Origin: Rebecca billardiae RCC1528 | Taxonomy: Eukaryota > Protista > Haptophyta | Length of the DNA stretch: 64,000 nt | NCBI GenBank assembly: GCA_965240325.2 | Contig: OZ251229.1 | Span: 806,001-870,000 of the forward strand | Reading direction: 5' to 3' | In this document: piece after piece, positions 18,326 to 32,298 of the stretch | Layout of the letters: every line of letters starts with the position of its first letter | How positions within the stretch are numbered: position 1 is the stretch's first letter | The notes under the pieces: model-generated | Databases searched by the model: none | What the model saw: the letters and a program-made list of their open reading frames with translations, nothing else | What the model was told of the DNA's origin: nothing | Made by a program: the position numbers and the translations under genes

Positions 18326-18984
18326 CGGCCATCACTGCGCAGGGACGCAGCCGTTACGGGCGTTCGTCGCTCGCGCGGATATGACGAAGCGGACCCAAGC
18401 AGAGTATCGGTCGTCATCATCGCCCCGCAGGCGGTCGATGGTGTCGGTGACGACGGGCTGTGACCGACGGCCGCATCGCCATCATCGACGAAGCTATAAC
18501 TACTTGACGATGAGCCTATTATTTACGCTGACTTTGATGACGAGGCGCTTGAGGCGGCGTCACGCGTGCTGCGCCTCAGCAGCGGCAGCGAGCAGCGCGG
18601 CATTTCAGTCGCGTAGTCACAGTTATAATAACTCACAGTACTGATGAGTCACATGCAGTAACTAGTTACTAGTACGGTCGTATATATATAGTTACGTAGT
18701 AGTAGTCGTAGTCATGATGAACATCGTCAGACAGAGACGCAGTGAGCTGCGATCCAACTACTCGAGCCGTCGCGTAGGCTTAGCATATGCGCTGACGATA
18801 TAGCTACTCACGATACTATATATATATATATGCTAACAGTGATAGACGAATTGCCATCGTCGTCATCCGTGTCAGCACAGCAGCAACACTCAAGCGCACC
18901 GATGCAGAATCAGCGCAGCAGCTGGCATGAGCATCGTCAGGCGCATGTCGCGTCCGCGGCGTCGTTATCTTGACTACCGCGCGC

Positions 18985-19083
18985 CGCCGACGGTAGTCAT
19001 ATTCATCGTACGTCAACGGTAACTAAGCCGCAACCCGCCGACGGTAGTCGTATTCATCGTACATCAACGGTAACTAAGCCGCA
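18985..19083. repeat. Two-copy ~52-bp tandem duplication
   Basis: CGCCGACGGTAGTCRTATTCATCGTACRTCAACGGTAACTAAGCCGCA occurs twice. Confidence 0.85.
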
Positions 19084-19199
19084 CGACTAAGCCGGACGCG
19101 TCACGCGATGCCATCAAGCGCAGGCTGCTCTGCGCTGTTAGCTGTTCATAACCTGTACGCAGCGGTCGTTGTGATACTGTAGTCGTAGCAGGCGAGTCG

Positions 19200-19525
19200 C
19201 GTAGAATAATAACTGCTGATGCTGACTCTCTCTCGTCTAGTCTCTCTCTATCTCGTCTGTCGCTGAGGCACTCATCATCGTCGTCTCTCTATACTCTCTA
19301 TCGTCTCTCGACTCGTCTGCTCATCTCGCATCAATCTCATCGATCTCTCTCTCTCTGCTGACTGCTAGCTACCCTCTCTCTACTGACTCTCTGCTCTCTA
19401 CTCTCTGCTGAATAAGTGCTCATAATCACAGCAGTCTCTCTAGACTCTAGCTCTCTCAGTCTGCTGATGACTGCTCTCTCTGGCTCGATCTCTCACTAGT
19501 CGTCTCTCTCTCTCTATATATATAT
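19200..19525. repeat. Degenerate CT-rich low-complexity tract
   Basis: Stuttering (CT)n / CTG / CTA sequence ending in (TA)n. Confidence 0.7.
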
Positions 19526-19644
19526 TGATGATAGAGACGATATATACCGTATACGACGAGCAGCAGCGCGCAGCTAGTGACTATCTACTGACTGGTGCGC
19601 GCGCTACTCATCGTCGACAGTCCATCGTCCTCGATGATCAGCCC

Positions 19645-22600
19645 TCACTCCGCCTCAGGCGGCGCAGGGGCAGCCTGCGCAGTCGACCTGCGGCTGCCGA
19701 GGCCGCCACCGGCGCGCGCGGACGCCGTGCTCATCCGGGCACGTCGGCCGGAGCCGCCCCCGCCGCTGTCGACGCGCAGCAGGTCCCTCTGCTGGGCGTG
19801 GCTCCCCCCCGAGCCCCACTCGTCGCTACTACCCGAGGAGCCCGTCGCCGCGCTCGACTGGCGCATGCTGCGCACGCGCGCGCGCGCTTTGGCGGCCAGC
19901 CGCGGGATGCGGTCTGGCACGACGAGCCAGCGGAAGTGTGGCCGCTCGGGCGGCGCGGTCGGCGGCACGCTCGCCGGGTGCGCCGGGTCGTACGCCACGA
20001 TGTGGCGTACGAGGTGCCCGCGCCACCGCCGCTGCACCATGCGCACGCACCGCTCCACCTCCGCCTGCCCGAGCACGCGCACCAGCACCTTGGCCTCCTC
20101 CTGCGCCGCCCTGCTCGCCTGGTCGCTCTCGCCGGGCTCGGGCGCGAGCGGCGCGCGCAGCGCGACACGGAAGGGGACGGCGATGTCGATGTCGTCGTCG
20201 TCCGCCTCGGCGGGGTGCGCGCCGGCCGAGCCCCGGCGCGAGCGTCCGCCGCCCGCCGCGCCGCCGTCCGCCGAGGGCCGGCGGCCGACGCTCGCGAGCG
20301 CGGCCTCGACCGAGCGGCCGCCAAAGTCGTCGTCGCGCGAGAGCGGCGTGTTGCCTGGCCGCATGGGCCAGACGGTGGCGAGCATCACGGCGGCGACGCC
20401 CGCCGCGTCCGACTCGCTCGCCGCCTCCTGCCCCACCGCCGTCACCGACGTGGTCGCCGCGGACGCGGCGATCGCCGCCTCGCGCCTGTGCTTGCGCGAG
20501 CGCCTGAGCTCCTGGATGCGCTCGGCCGCGCGCTGCATGAAGGCGTGCGAGTCGACAGCGTACCCAAACAGCCGGAGGGCGCGGCGGTACGCCTCGAGGT
20601 CGCCGATGTACAGCCGCCTGCGCGTGAACAGGTCGTCGAGCAGCACCGCCTCCTTGAGCGCGAGCGGCACGACCGTCGCCGCGCCGCCGTCCACGCTGCC
20701 CCCCAGCTCGGCGGCCGCGCCCTTCTCCACCTCGTCCCACACGCGCACACTCTGCGCGAGCCAGCAGTCGATCATCTCCATGCGCGTGCGCCACCAGCGC
20801 TGCACGCAGACGACGTTGTGGCGGAACTCGTTGAGCGCGCGCCGGGCGGGCTTGATCGAGTGCGCCGCCCTGCACACCACAGGCACGCGCGTTCGGAGGG
20901 CGCACGCCGGCAGCTGAGACAGACCAGCGCGCGCGCGCGGATCCGCGCGGCGCTCGCCGTGGAGCGCGCGGCGCGGCGCTCGCCCTCACGACAGGCGGCG
21001 TGCGGCGCGCGCGGCGCGCGCACCTGAGGAAGAGGCGCACGATGAAGGCGGCGCGGCGGAACCTGTACAGCCGCAGCGTGATCGGCACGCGCAGCGTCAT
21101 CCGGCGGAACGCCGTGATCGCGCTCATCAGCTTGCCGAACTTAATCTGCATGCGGCGCGCCCGGAAGTGCTCCTGCAGGCGGCGCGTCGCGGCCTCGCGC
21201 ACGAGCCTCGAGCGCTCGCGCGCGACGGCGCGGTGCAGGGTGTGCGCGCGCACGCCGAGCGCGGCGAGCACGAGCCAGGAGAGCTGCTGCTTTCGGAGCA
21301 GGTCTGCGTGCTCGCGCGTCAGCCGGTCCTGCGCGCACGCGGCGCGGCGGGGCACGGCGTGAGGCGCGCGCCGCCGGACGGCAAGCGCGGCGCGGCGCGG
21401 CGCGGCGCGCGCCGTGGCGCATACCGAGCGCATCTGGCGCGCGCGCTCCTCGTTCTCGAGGTAGCGGCGCATCCGCCACTCGTCCTGCGCCTCCTTCCAC
21501 TGCTGCGCGTACTGGATGCGCTGCGCCGTCTCCGCCGCCTGCTGCGCAAGCCGCTGCGAGCGCTGCTCGAGCGTGAACGACGAGGTGGACAGCGTGTTCT
21601 CCGTCACCCAGTCGCGCACGGCAGAGGACGAGGCGAGGCTGGAGGAGAGCTCCTCGGCCACCTTGTCCGTGTGCTCGGGGTCGTCCTCCGCGGCCATCTC
21701 CTCGGCGGTGATCGCGCGGAAGTGCTGCCGGTACCGCCAGTACTTGCGCAGCACCTGCACCGAGTGCTCGAGCCGCGCGCGCGCGATCGGGTCGGTGCGC
21801 GCCAGCTGCAGCTTCTCTGCGACCTCGAGCTCAGCGGGGCGCTTGGGCCGCATCGGCCGCACGCGCCGCGGGATCTTGAGCTTGGCGCGCGCCTCGGACG
21901 TCGCCTTCACCTGCGCCTGCCGAGCCTCCGCGCGCAGCTGCCGCGTCGGGCTCGGCGGCGCGCCCGCGCCCGCGCCCGCCCCCGTCACGTCGACGTGCAG
22001 CCCGCCCGCGCCGCCTCCGCCCGTCGCCGCGAGCGCCGCCTCGAGCGTGTACATGGAGCGCCGCTCCTCGAGCAGCTGCGCCATCGTCTGCAGCTCGCGG
22101 TCGAAGCCGCCGGGCGGGAGTCGCGCCGAGCGCTCGGAGATCGCCGACTGCCGGCGCGAGCCGAAGAGGCCGACCGTCTGCGGCCGGTACGCAGCGGGCG
22201 ACTTGGGCGGCGAGAAGGGGCCCGGCGACTTGGGCGGCGCGAACGCGGCGGGTGACCGTGGCGGCGCAAAGGCGGCGGGCGAGCGCTGCGGCGAGAGCCT
22301 GCGCGAGGAGGGCGGCATCGACGCCGGCAACGAGGCCGGCAACGACGCCGGCAGCGACGCGCCCATCGTGCCCGGCGCCTGCCCCGAGAGCAGCATCAGT
22401 GACCCCTGCAGCCGCGCGTTTGCATCCGCCGCGAGCTGCGACATGCCGTCAGTCGGCCGGTAGCCGCCGGGCAGCTGCGGCGAGCTCGCGAGGCGAGACG
22501 ACTGGGCCGTGAGGGCCTTCTGGCGCCGTGTCAACCCCGCCGACGTCGAAGGCCGCGGCGCAGGGGCAGCCGCACCCGCACGCACGTCGCCCAGCCACGC

Positions 22601-22810
22601 GGACGAGCCGCGCCGCCCTGCCGCTGCAGGGAAGGAGGCACTCATCGCACGCTGCGCGCTGCCCGAGGCGCGCTCGCCCCCGAGGGCGAGATCGATCGGC
22701 TGGAAGTAGGGCCCACGCGGCGTCACATACCGCGTCGGCTCGCGAGCATCGTCCTCGAGCGACACGAGCAGCCGCGGTGCCGTGACTGGCCGGCCTCTCG
22801 ACGAGGCCAT
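19645..22810 (-). CDS. Hypothetical coiled-coil protein with IQ-like motifs; introns 21424-21329 and 21023-20870
   Basis: GT-AG introns join the long ORFs in frame. IQ-like segments RLQEHFRARR, CVQRWWRTR, MVQRRWRG. Ser/Pro-rich N-terminus. Confidence 0.7.
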
Positions 22811-23248
22811 CGTTCGTTTCGCGTCCACGCAAGCGTGCAGCTGCGGAGGCGAAACGTCAGTTCCGTTCAGTACTGCGTATCAACAGTAACGTCTATCTAC
22901 AGCGCTGTAACGATGCCGCCCTGCTGATAATACTGCGCTGGTCAGGACTGAATATCAGTTCTAAGTCATCGCACGTGTTGCACGAATCATCATCACGACG
23001 AAGATGCGCGCGGGCGGAGGCCGCAGCCTAGTGCCGGGCCTGTATGTTCACATGCTTCAATACCTGATGATGCCTGATGGCCGTCCACGGCCGCGCTCCG
23101 AGACGATCGTCGTGGACCGCCAGGCGCCACTAGACCTAGTCGGGGGCAAGACTCGCACGCGGGACTACGACGCCACTCCCACTGGAGCCCATGCCCCGAG
23201 CCGGAACCCGGCGACAGTGGCTCGCGCGCTGTGCGCCTGCCCGACTGC

Positions 23249-26200
23249 CTAGGAGCTCGACGCGAACGAGTGCGCGTTGTGCATGCGCGCGTACGCGCCG
23301 TTGGCGAACATAAGCTGCGCGTGCGTGCCCTCCTCGAGCACGCGCCCGTTGCCCACCACGGCGATCTTGTCCGCGCCGCGCACGGTGGTGAGGCGGTGCG
23401 CGATCACGATGGTGGTGCTCTGGTGGCGCGCGAGGAGCTTGTCGAGCGCCGCCTGCACGATGCGCTCCGACTCGTTGTCGAGCGCGGACGTCGCCTCGTC
23501 GAGCAGCATGAGCGCAGGCCGCTTCACGATCGCGCGCGCGATCGCGATGCGCTGCTTCTGCCCGCCCGAGAGCTGCCCGCCGCCCTGGCCGACGCGCGTG
23601 TCGTACCCGTCAGGGAACGCGCTGATGAACTCGTGCGCGTTCGCCATGCGCGCGGCGTCGACGATCTCCTCGCGCGTCGCGTCGGGCCGGCCGTACGCGA
23701 TGTTGAGCGCCACCGACTCGTCGAAGAGCACCGGCTCCTGCCCGACCAGCCCGATCTGCTGCCGCAGCCACTGCAGGTTGAGCTCGCGGATGTCGACGCC
23801 GTCCAGGCTGATCGAGCCCGCGCTCACGTCGTAGAAGCGCTCGAGCAGCTGGATCGCCGTCGACTTGCCCGAGCCCGAGCCGCCGACGAGCGCGACCGTC
23901 TTGCCCGCCTCGACCGTGAGCGAGAAGTCCGTGTACACCGGCGCCTCCGGCCGCGTGGGGTAGGTGAAGCGCACCGCCTTGAACTCGACGAGGCCGCGCG
24001 CCGAGTCGGGCCGTGCGCCGCGCTCGTCGAGGGGGTCGATCTGGCTCGGCCGGTCGAGCACGCTCAGTATGCGCGTGACGGCACGCGCCGCCTTCGCCTG
24101 GTCGGTCGCTCCGGTCGCGAACTGGCCGAAGCCGGCGGCCATCATGAACCTGCGCGCGCGCACGCCGTGGCAGCAGGGGTGGGCGCGTCAGACGGCGCCA
24201 CATCGCGCACGGCCAAACGCGCCTCTGCACGGACGCGCACGTGCGTGCGCGCGCGCTCGCAGCGAGGCGCACATGACGAAGATGACGATGAACATCGAGT
24301 CGGAGTCGGTCTCCCCGATACTGACCAGGTACGCGCCGAGGGCGTACAGCGCGGTTAACACGAAGAAGAAGACAGCCTGCGAGAGCGCGGTCGCCAGCCC
24401 AGAGATGGCGCCCTTCGTCTTGCCCTCCGCGGCCGCGCGGTCCGTCGCCTCCGAGTACTCGGCGAGCAGCGCGTCCTCGAGGCCGAAGGAGGCGACGGTG
24501 CGTACGGACTGCGCGAGCTGGCTCACGATGGTCGCGGCCCTCTCCTTGTGCGCCTTGGCCTCCCCGCCCGTGCCCTGCTTCTTCGCGCTCTTTGCCTTCT
24601 CCTCGCGCGCCTTGTTCTGCGCGCTGCTCTGCGCGTCGTCCGCGGGCATGCCGGCCACGTCCTCCTTGTCCTCCTCCAGGCTGCCGCCCTCGCCCGTGAT
24701 CAGCATGTACTCGAGCGAGAGCGCGGCGCCCATCAGCGGCACGGCGCCCATCGACGCGAGCCCGAGCTGCCACGAGCCCAGCCAGAAGATGAGCATGGTG
24801 CCCACGACGAGCGTCGCGATGTTGGCGATCATGATGCCGCTCGACTCGGCGGTCACGCCGGCCACGAGCGTCACGTCCCGCGCCAGGTTGGCCGAGAGGT
24901 TGGCGGCGGTGTTGCTCGGGTCGTCGAACCAGCCCATGTCCTGCCGCAGCATGTTGGCGAAGCTGAGCGCGCGCAGCCGGCGCGTGAGCCGTTCGCCCGC
25001 CACGCCGAGCCCGTACGTGCGCAGCGTGTGCAGGATCACCTCGAGCACGCACACCGCGATGAGCAGCAGAGACCAGAAGCGCGCCTGCACGATCACGTCC
25101 GCGGGCTCGGGCTCGAAGAACGTGAAGAGCACCACGGCCATCATCCAGCCGAGCAGCGGCACGAGCGCGCCGAGCGACACCGAGGTCACGACGGCGAGCA
25201 CGAGGTAGCCGCGCCCGGACGCCTGCAGGCTCCAGATCCGCCGGGTGTTCGCCTTGGCCTTGGCCGACTCCTCCGCCTTCTTCGCCTTGGCAGCGGTAGC
25301 CTCCTCCGCCTCGCGCGCCTTGCGCGCCGCCTTGTCCTCGGGCGCGCTGCCGCGCTGGTCGTCCGTGGCGGGTTGGATCGTCGCGGCTGACTGCGCCGCG
25401 CGGGAGTCGGCGCGGGCCTGTGAGCCTGAGTCCAGGCCGCGCATCGTGCCCACCGCGGCGGCGGTCATGCTGCGCGCGATGCCCCCCGAGCTGCCACGCG
25501 ATGCCTCGGACATCGCCACGAGATTCGCGTACTGCCCGTTCCGGATCTTCATCAGCTGCGTGTGCGTGCCCTCCTCGAGCACGCGCCCGTTGCCCACCAC
25601 GGCGATCTTGTCCGCGCCGCGCACGGTGGTGAGGCGGTGCGCGATCACGATGGTCGTCCGCTGCTGCTCGGCGACGAGCTTGTCGAGCGCGTCCTGCACG
25701 ATGCGCTCCGACTCGTTGTCCAGCGCGGAGGTCGCCTCGTCGAGCAGCAGCACCGTCGGCCGCTTCACGATCGCGCGCGCGATCGCGATGCGCTGCTTCT
25801 GCCCGCCCGAGATCTGGCCCGCGCCCGCGCGCGTCTTGTACCCGTCAGGCAGCGCGCTGATGAACTCGTGCGCGTTCGCCATGCGCGCGGCGTCGACGAT
25901 CTCCTCCTCCGTCGCGTCGGGCCGGCCGTACGCGATGTTGTGCATGATGCTCCCCTCGAAGAGCGCGGGCTCCTGCCCGACCAGCCCGATCTGCTGCCGC
26001 AGCCACTGCAGGTTGAGCTCGCGGATGTCGACGCCGTCCAGGCTGATCGAGCCCGCGCTCACGTCGTAGAAGCGCTCGAGCAGCTGGATCGCCGTCGACT
26101 TGCCCGAGCCAGAGCCGCCGACGAGCGCGACCGTCTTGCCCGCCTCGACCGTGAGCGAGAAGTCCGTGTACACCGGCGCCTCCGGCCGCGCGGGGTAGGT

Positions 26201-27340
26201 GAAGCGCACCGCCTTGAACTCGACGAGGCCGCGCGCCGCCGCTGGCTGCTTGCCGCTGCTGGCGAGGATGTCGATGGCCGGCACGCGCTGGAGGGTGCCC
26301 TGCATGCGCCCAGCCGCGGCGCGCGCCTTGGTGAACGCCGTGATCGACTGGCCGATCAGACCGAACCCCGTCGCGCCCGTGAGCACCGCGAAGACGGAGA
26401 GCATCGTGCGCCCGGGCGAGTAGTAGCACGTGTTGGTGTAAGCGCAGTCCGAGTCGCCCGACGAGCGCTCGGCGGCGATGAGCGCGCCGGCGTAGAGCAT
26501 GCCGACGCCGAGCGCGGCGTTGCCCGTGCCGTCGAGCATGCCGAAGGAGAAGCCGCGCAGCACCGAGCCCTTGATGCCTTGCCGCTCCGCCGGCTCGAGC
26601 TGGCTGTCGAACTTGGCGGAGGCTCGCGACTCGCCCGAGAATGACGCGACCGTGCGGATCGCGGTGAGCGCCTCGGAGCACGCGCTGCCAGCGGCGGCGA
26701 AGGCGGTGGCCGAGCGCTGCTGCGTCTCGGAGTTGACGCGCACGAGCAAGTACGCCGCGCCCGCCGTGAGCGGCGACAGCGCCAGCATCACCAGCCCCAC
26801 GTCCCACTGGAAGTACAGCCCCACGCCCGCGCCGGCGATCGCTTGCCCAATCGAGCGAAGCCCTTCGGAGATCTTGGTGCCGATGCCCGCCTCGACGAGC
26901 TGGGTGGCCTCGGCGAAGGACGCCGCGAGGCTCGCCGTGGAGCGCTCGTCGTGCCACGCCACGTCCTGCCGCATGATCGCGCGCAGGTACTCCTTGCGGT
27001 ATGCGGCCGCCTGCCGCTCGCCCGTCCACTTGAAGCAGTACGTGCCGATGAAGCCCGTGCCGAAGGCGGCGACGCCCATGTAGATGAAGAGCCACAGCGC
27101 GTCCATGACCTGCTCATCTGCCGAGTCTCTCGTGCCGGCAAGCTCCGCCGAGCCAAGCGTGTCGATCACCAGCGCAAACGGGATCAACGAGACGGGCGCG
27201 AGCGCGCCAAGCGCGACCGCCGAAAGCATGCCCAGGGTCATCAGCACATAGTCCAACGCGCGGGCGTAGCGGAAGAAGCGGGTGATCGAGACGGCATCCG
27301 CGAGGTCCGCATCAGTCGGCTGCTTCTCCTTGTCGCCCAT
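23249..27340 (-). CDS. ABCB1: Full-length ABC transporter, subfamily B (MDR/P-glycoprotein), TMD-NBD-TMD-NBD; intron 24272-24150
   Basis: Two Walker A GGSGSGKST, signatures (I/L)SGGQKQRIAIARA, Walker B LLDEATSALD and IAHRL motifs; TMD motifs RQDVAWHD and RQDMGWFD; IRTVASF. Confidence 0.96.
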
Positions 27341-27677
27341 GGCGGGGGGGCGCCGGCGGGTTCACAGCGGGTAGTTGCTGTTCACACTTCACTTGATCCA
27401 GCAGCACGGCCGCCGGTCTTGTGAACGCGAGGAAAGACGCCGAGGAGCGACCAACGGGATTTGTTTGAGATTGGGTGCGCCTCGGAGACGCCGACGACGT
27501 CCACGGAGACGCCGTGAGTCCGCCGGGCTGGTACGCACCCAGCCGCCTTGGCGTCCGGACTCCTGGCCTCCTCCGCCGCCAAGGCGGCGTCCGCCCGTCT
27601 CCGTCTCAGAGTACTTCTCCGTGTGCCCGTCGCCGTCTGATGAGAGCCTACTACTGTGGTGACAGTGGGCGGGCGTC

Positions 27678-27749
27678 AATCTCGCCTGCCTGAGCTGTGT
27701 GCGTCTCTTAGTCTTATTCTTAGTTTAGTTACAGATTCTTAGTAAACTG
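27678..27749 (-). repeat. Solo TIR of the CAGTTTACT MITE family, with internal insertions
   Basis: AATCTCGCCTGCCTGAGCTGTGTGCGTCTCTTA...ATTCTTAGTAAACTG|TA matches the 12947 family. Confidence 0.85.
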
Positions 27750-28384
27750 TAGCTTACCGCACTGTACCAAGACGCTCCGCTACAGAGTACCTGCTCTGCC
27801 GCCTCATGAATCATCGGGCGGGTGCGCACCAACCTTCACGCTCACGATGCCTCATATCGGTCCCGCAATCCGTGCGACTTGGCCTACAGTCCATCCTCAT
27901 CATGGCACGGGCAGAATCATCCGAAACTTGCGGCACACCGCTCCTCGCCTGACTCCAGTGCACACTGCTCCATGCGGCCCACTCTTGAGTCATGCAGGCA
28001 GCGCGAGCCTCGCAGCTATCTAGTGACGACTCGTCCCCTTTTGTCTCGTCCCTTGCCGGCGTTGTGGTGCCAGAGCGCTTCCGCTGAGCCGGTCAGCTTC
28101 TCGCCGGTTCGCGGCCCGTTGACATGCCACGCGGAATGACTCGCTGGACTGCGCGCGGGAGTGAGCCTCTGTGGCTGCGTTGACTCCTTACCGGCGCCGA
28201 TCCTAGCGCGGGATCGAAGTAATCGTCGAGGCCCCGGGCTGCGGGCATGCCAAGGGGACTCCCGACTCGGGCAGCCATCGTGAAGCAGCTTCTTGCTTCC
28301 GGCAGCCCTGGGTGCAGCCATCTGGCTGCTTGTCGCAGCTCGTGCTGTTGTCGCGCCCATCCAACTTCCGCCCTTGGCCGGTGA

Positions 28385-29873
<1,489 letters not shown>

Positions 29874-30293
29874 TGCCGTCACTGACGCCCTGAGGCCTAG
29901 CTGACGACGGCACCATGCATGCCCGGCAGTGCTTAGAACTAGCTACTTAGTGACATTAGATCAGAAACGGAGAGCGATCCCCGACGCCGGATGGTGGCGC
30001 CTATACTGGGCCCGCTGGCGGTGCCGGCGACAGTGTCATTGCGCCCTCAGCAGGAGTGCCAGGACTGCAGGAGTCAGGTGCCCCGAGCCGAACCGCGCCC
30101 GGTCCGCCGGCGGACTGGAGTCTGCAGTCTGTACTCATCGTCACGAAGATATGCCGCCTGCGCATGGCAGCAGCCACACAGGCGCACCACGCCTCCCGAT
30201 CCATTCGACGGCGCAGCGGGCCTGCTGTAGGCTGGGAGTCAGAGCCACGCGCATCCTGGCCTGCCTCCACGGACAGGCAGGCGCGAGGTGCCG

Positions 30294-31974
30294 TCAGCTC
30301 TCGCCCCCCGCAGTGTGGGGCTCGCTGCTCTCCGGCTCCGCGCTCGCGGCGGCTGCTCTCGCATCATCGGCGTCGGGCGTGCCCTGCGCGCCCTCCCGAC
30401 CCCCCCTAGCCTCGGCGCCTGCCTCGACCGCACCCGCGGCGTCGGCCTGCAGATTGGCGCTGCTGTTGGCCTTGGCGCCGTACGCCTTGGCCTCCGGCTC
30501 CGGCGCCGGGGCCGGCGCGCCGTCCGTGCCGCTCTTGTAGCCCTTGGCGTACGTGAGCGGCAGCGGCTCGAGACCCAGCTCGATCCGCACCTCGTTGCGA
30601 TAGAGCTCGCTCAGCGCGACGTGCATGCGCCGGTGGTACTCCTGCGCGTGCCGGCACGCGGGCAGGGCCGGCAGGCGCGGGTCGCGTGACGCCAGCGCAC
30701 CGATGCGCCGTGGGCGCGTACGAAGCACGCGCGCACCTCGTTCTCCGAATGGATCGCCGAGCTGAAGCGGAACGGGTCCTCGTCGAGAATCGGCCGCGTG
30801 AGAATGTACGTGCGGCACGAGCCGTACAGCACCCAGTCCGCGCGCACCTCCTTGCTCTCCTGCAGGTTGGTGCGCACCTTCCTCAGGATTTCGTCAATGT
30901 GCTTCCCGTTGATCAGGAACGCCGCGGTCGAGAAGCACAGCTTTGGCCGCCACTCGCAGAACATGTACGGGATGTTGAGCAGCTTCGACGGCGGGTTGGA
31001 GCGCGCCGAGATGTGGCACACGTCCCAGTCGTCCGGCATCGACGAGACCGTCTTCTCAAACGAGAAGGTGGGCGGGATGAATTTGAATGTCACGTCGTCC
31101 TCGAGCACGAGCGCGACGTCCACGCCCGCGCGCTGGATCGCCTCGAGCGCGCGCACGTGGCTGAGCGTGCAGCAGCGCTCGCCGGGCGTCGCCTTGAGCT
31201 CGCGGTCGAGCCCGTACGACGTCGCCACGTCCTCCCACTCCGGGCCCTGCGCGTCGACTGCGGGCACACGCTCGTGCCGGTACCCCTTGAGCAGCCGCTG
31301 CATGTTGGTGCGCCGGTCGGGGGATCGGTCGAGGTTGATCCAGAAGCAGGTGGGCATGTCCAGCCCAGCGACCGTGTACTGCGGGGTGCAGTTACGCGAG
31401 GGGTTGTTCAGCCGCGCCTCGTACGAGTTGATGAACTCGACGAGCGAGTTGTAGTACGCCACACACGTGTCGTGGTCTACTAGGCTCGACTGCGGGTGGC
31501 GGCAGCGCCGACGCGGCGCGAGGAGGGCGGGGCAGGTCGGGTGTGGAGGCGCGCCGCGGTGTGGCACGCCGAGACATTGCCGCGCAGCCCGCCCGCCCGC
31601 CCGCCCGCGCTCTCAGCGCGCGCGATAGCCAAGGCAGCACGCACACGCACCTTGCTGTGGCCGAGCCTGCTCATCGTCTGATGCACCACCTGCTCAATCG
31701 ACTCGTCCGGGATGCCGTCACAGAGCTCGAGTGGCTGTGCAGGCGTGAGAACAGGGAGAGGGGGTGTCAACCACACGGCATTGCGCGCGCCCGCGCGCTC
31801 GTCCGCGCGCGCCCAGCTCTGCACGGCGCGCACCTGGAGCGCCTTGGGGAGCTCGGCCACCCGCAGGCCGTGGCCGTTTGCGTTGAGGTACAAGGAGGCA
31901 AGCATGTCCACCTCGCGCTCCTCGTGCAGAGTTAGCGCTGAGCGCACATCGAAACGCCCATTCGCGCGCGCCAT
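30294..31974 (-). CDS. Glycosyltransferase family 25 protein with an N-terminal helical (degenerate EF-hand-like) extension; introns 31833-31735, 31650-31490, 30736-30642; alternative start 32112
   Basis: FWINLDRSPDRR, ERVPAVD, TPGERCCTLSH and ALVLEDDV are GT25 motifs; the GT-AG introns keep frame. Confidence 0.82.
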
Positions 31975-32298
31975 GCCAGCGTCGCCACGCCCAGCGACGG
32001 ACCGCGTGGGCCCCGCGTCCACAACGGAGGACCAGATGCGCACACCAGACCGAGGGAGCCTGGCGTTATCGACGCAGCTGCGGTCTCCAGAGACTCCATG
32101 TTCTTTCTCCATAAGACGTTGACGAGATTGATTTTAATAGGAGGCCGTGCTGAGTGCGGTTACGACCTCATTGCAGCTATGAGATGTGAAACGTGAAGAC
32201 GAATACATAGTAGTTGAGGGTACGCGGCTTACCGGACTCGTGCTTGGGCCGGACGCGTCGTCAGCTTTGACGACGAGCCGCGCCGATCGGTGGTACAC

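Noticed and set aside
19200-19525. CT-rich tract as a functional element
   Set aside because: Indistinguishable from a decayed microsatellite or low-quality consensus without reads.
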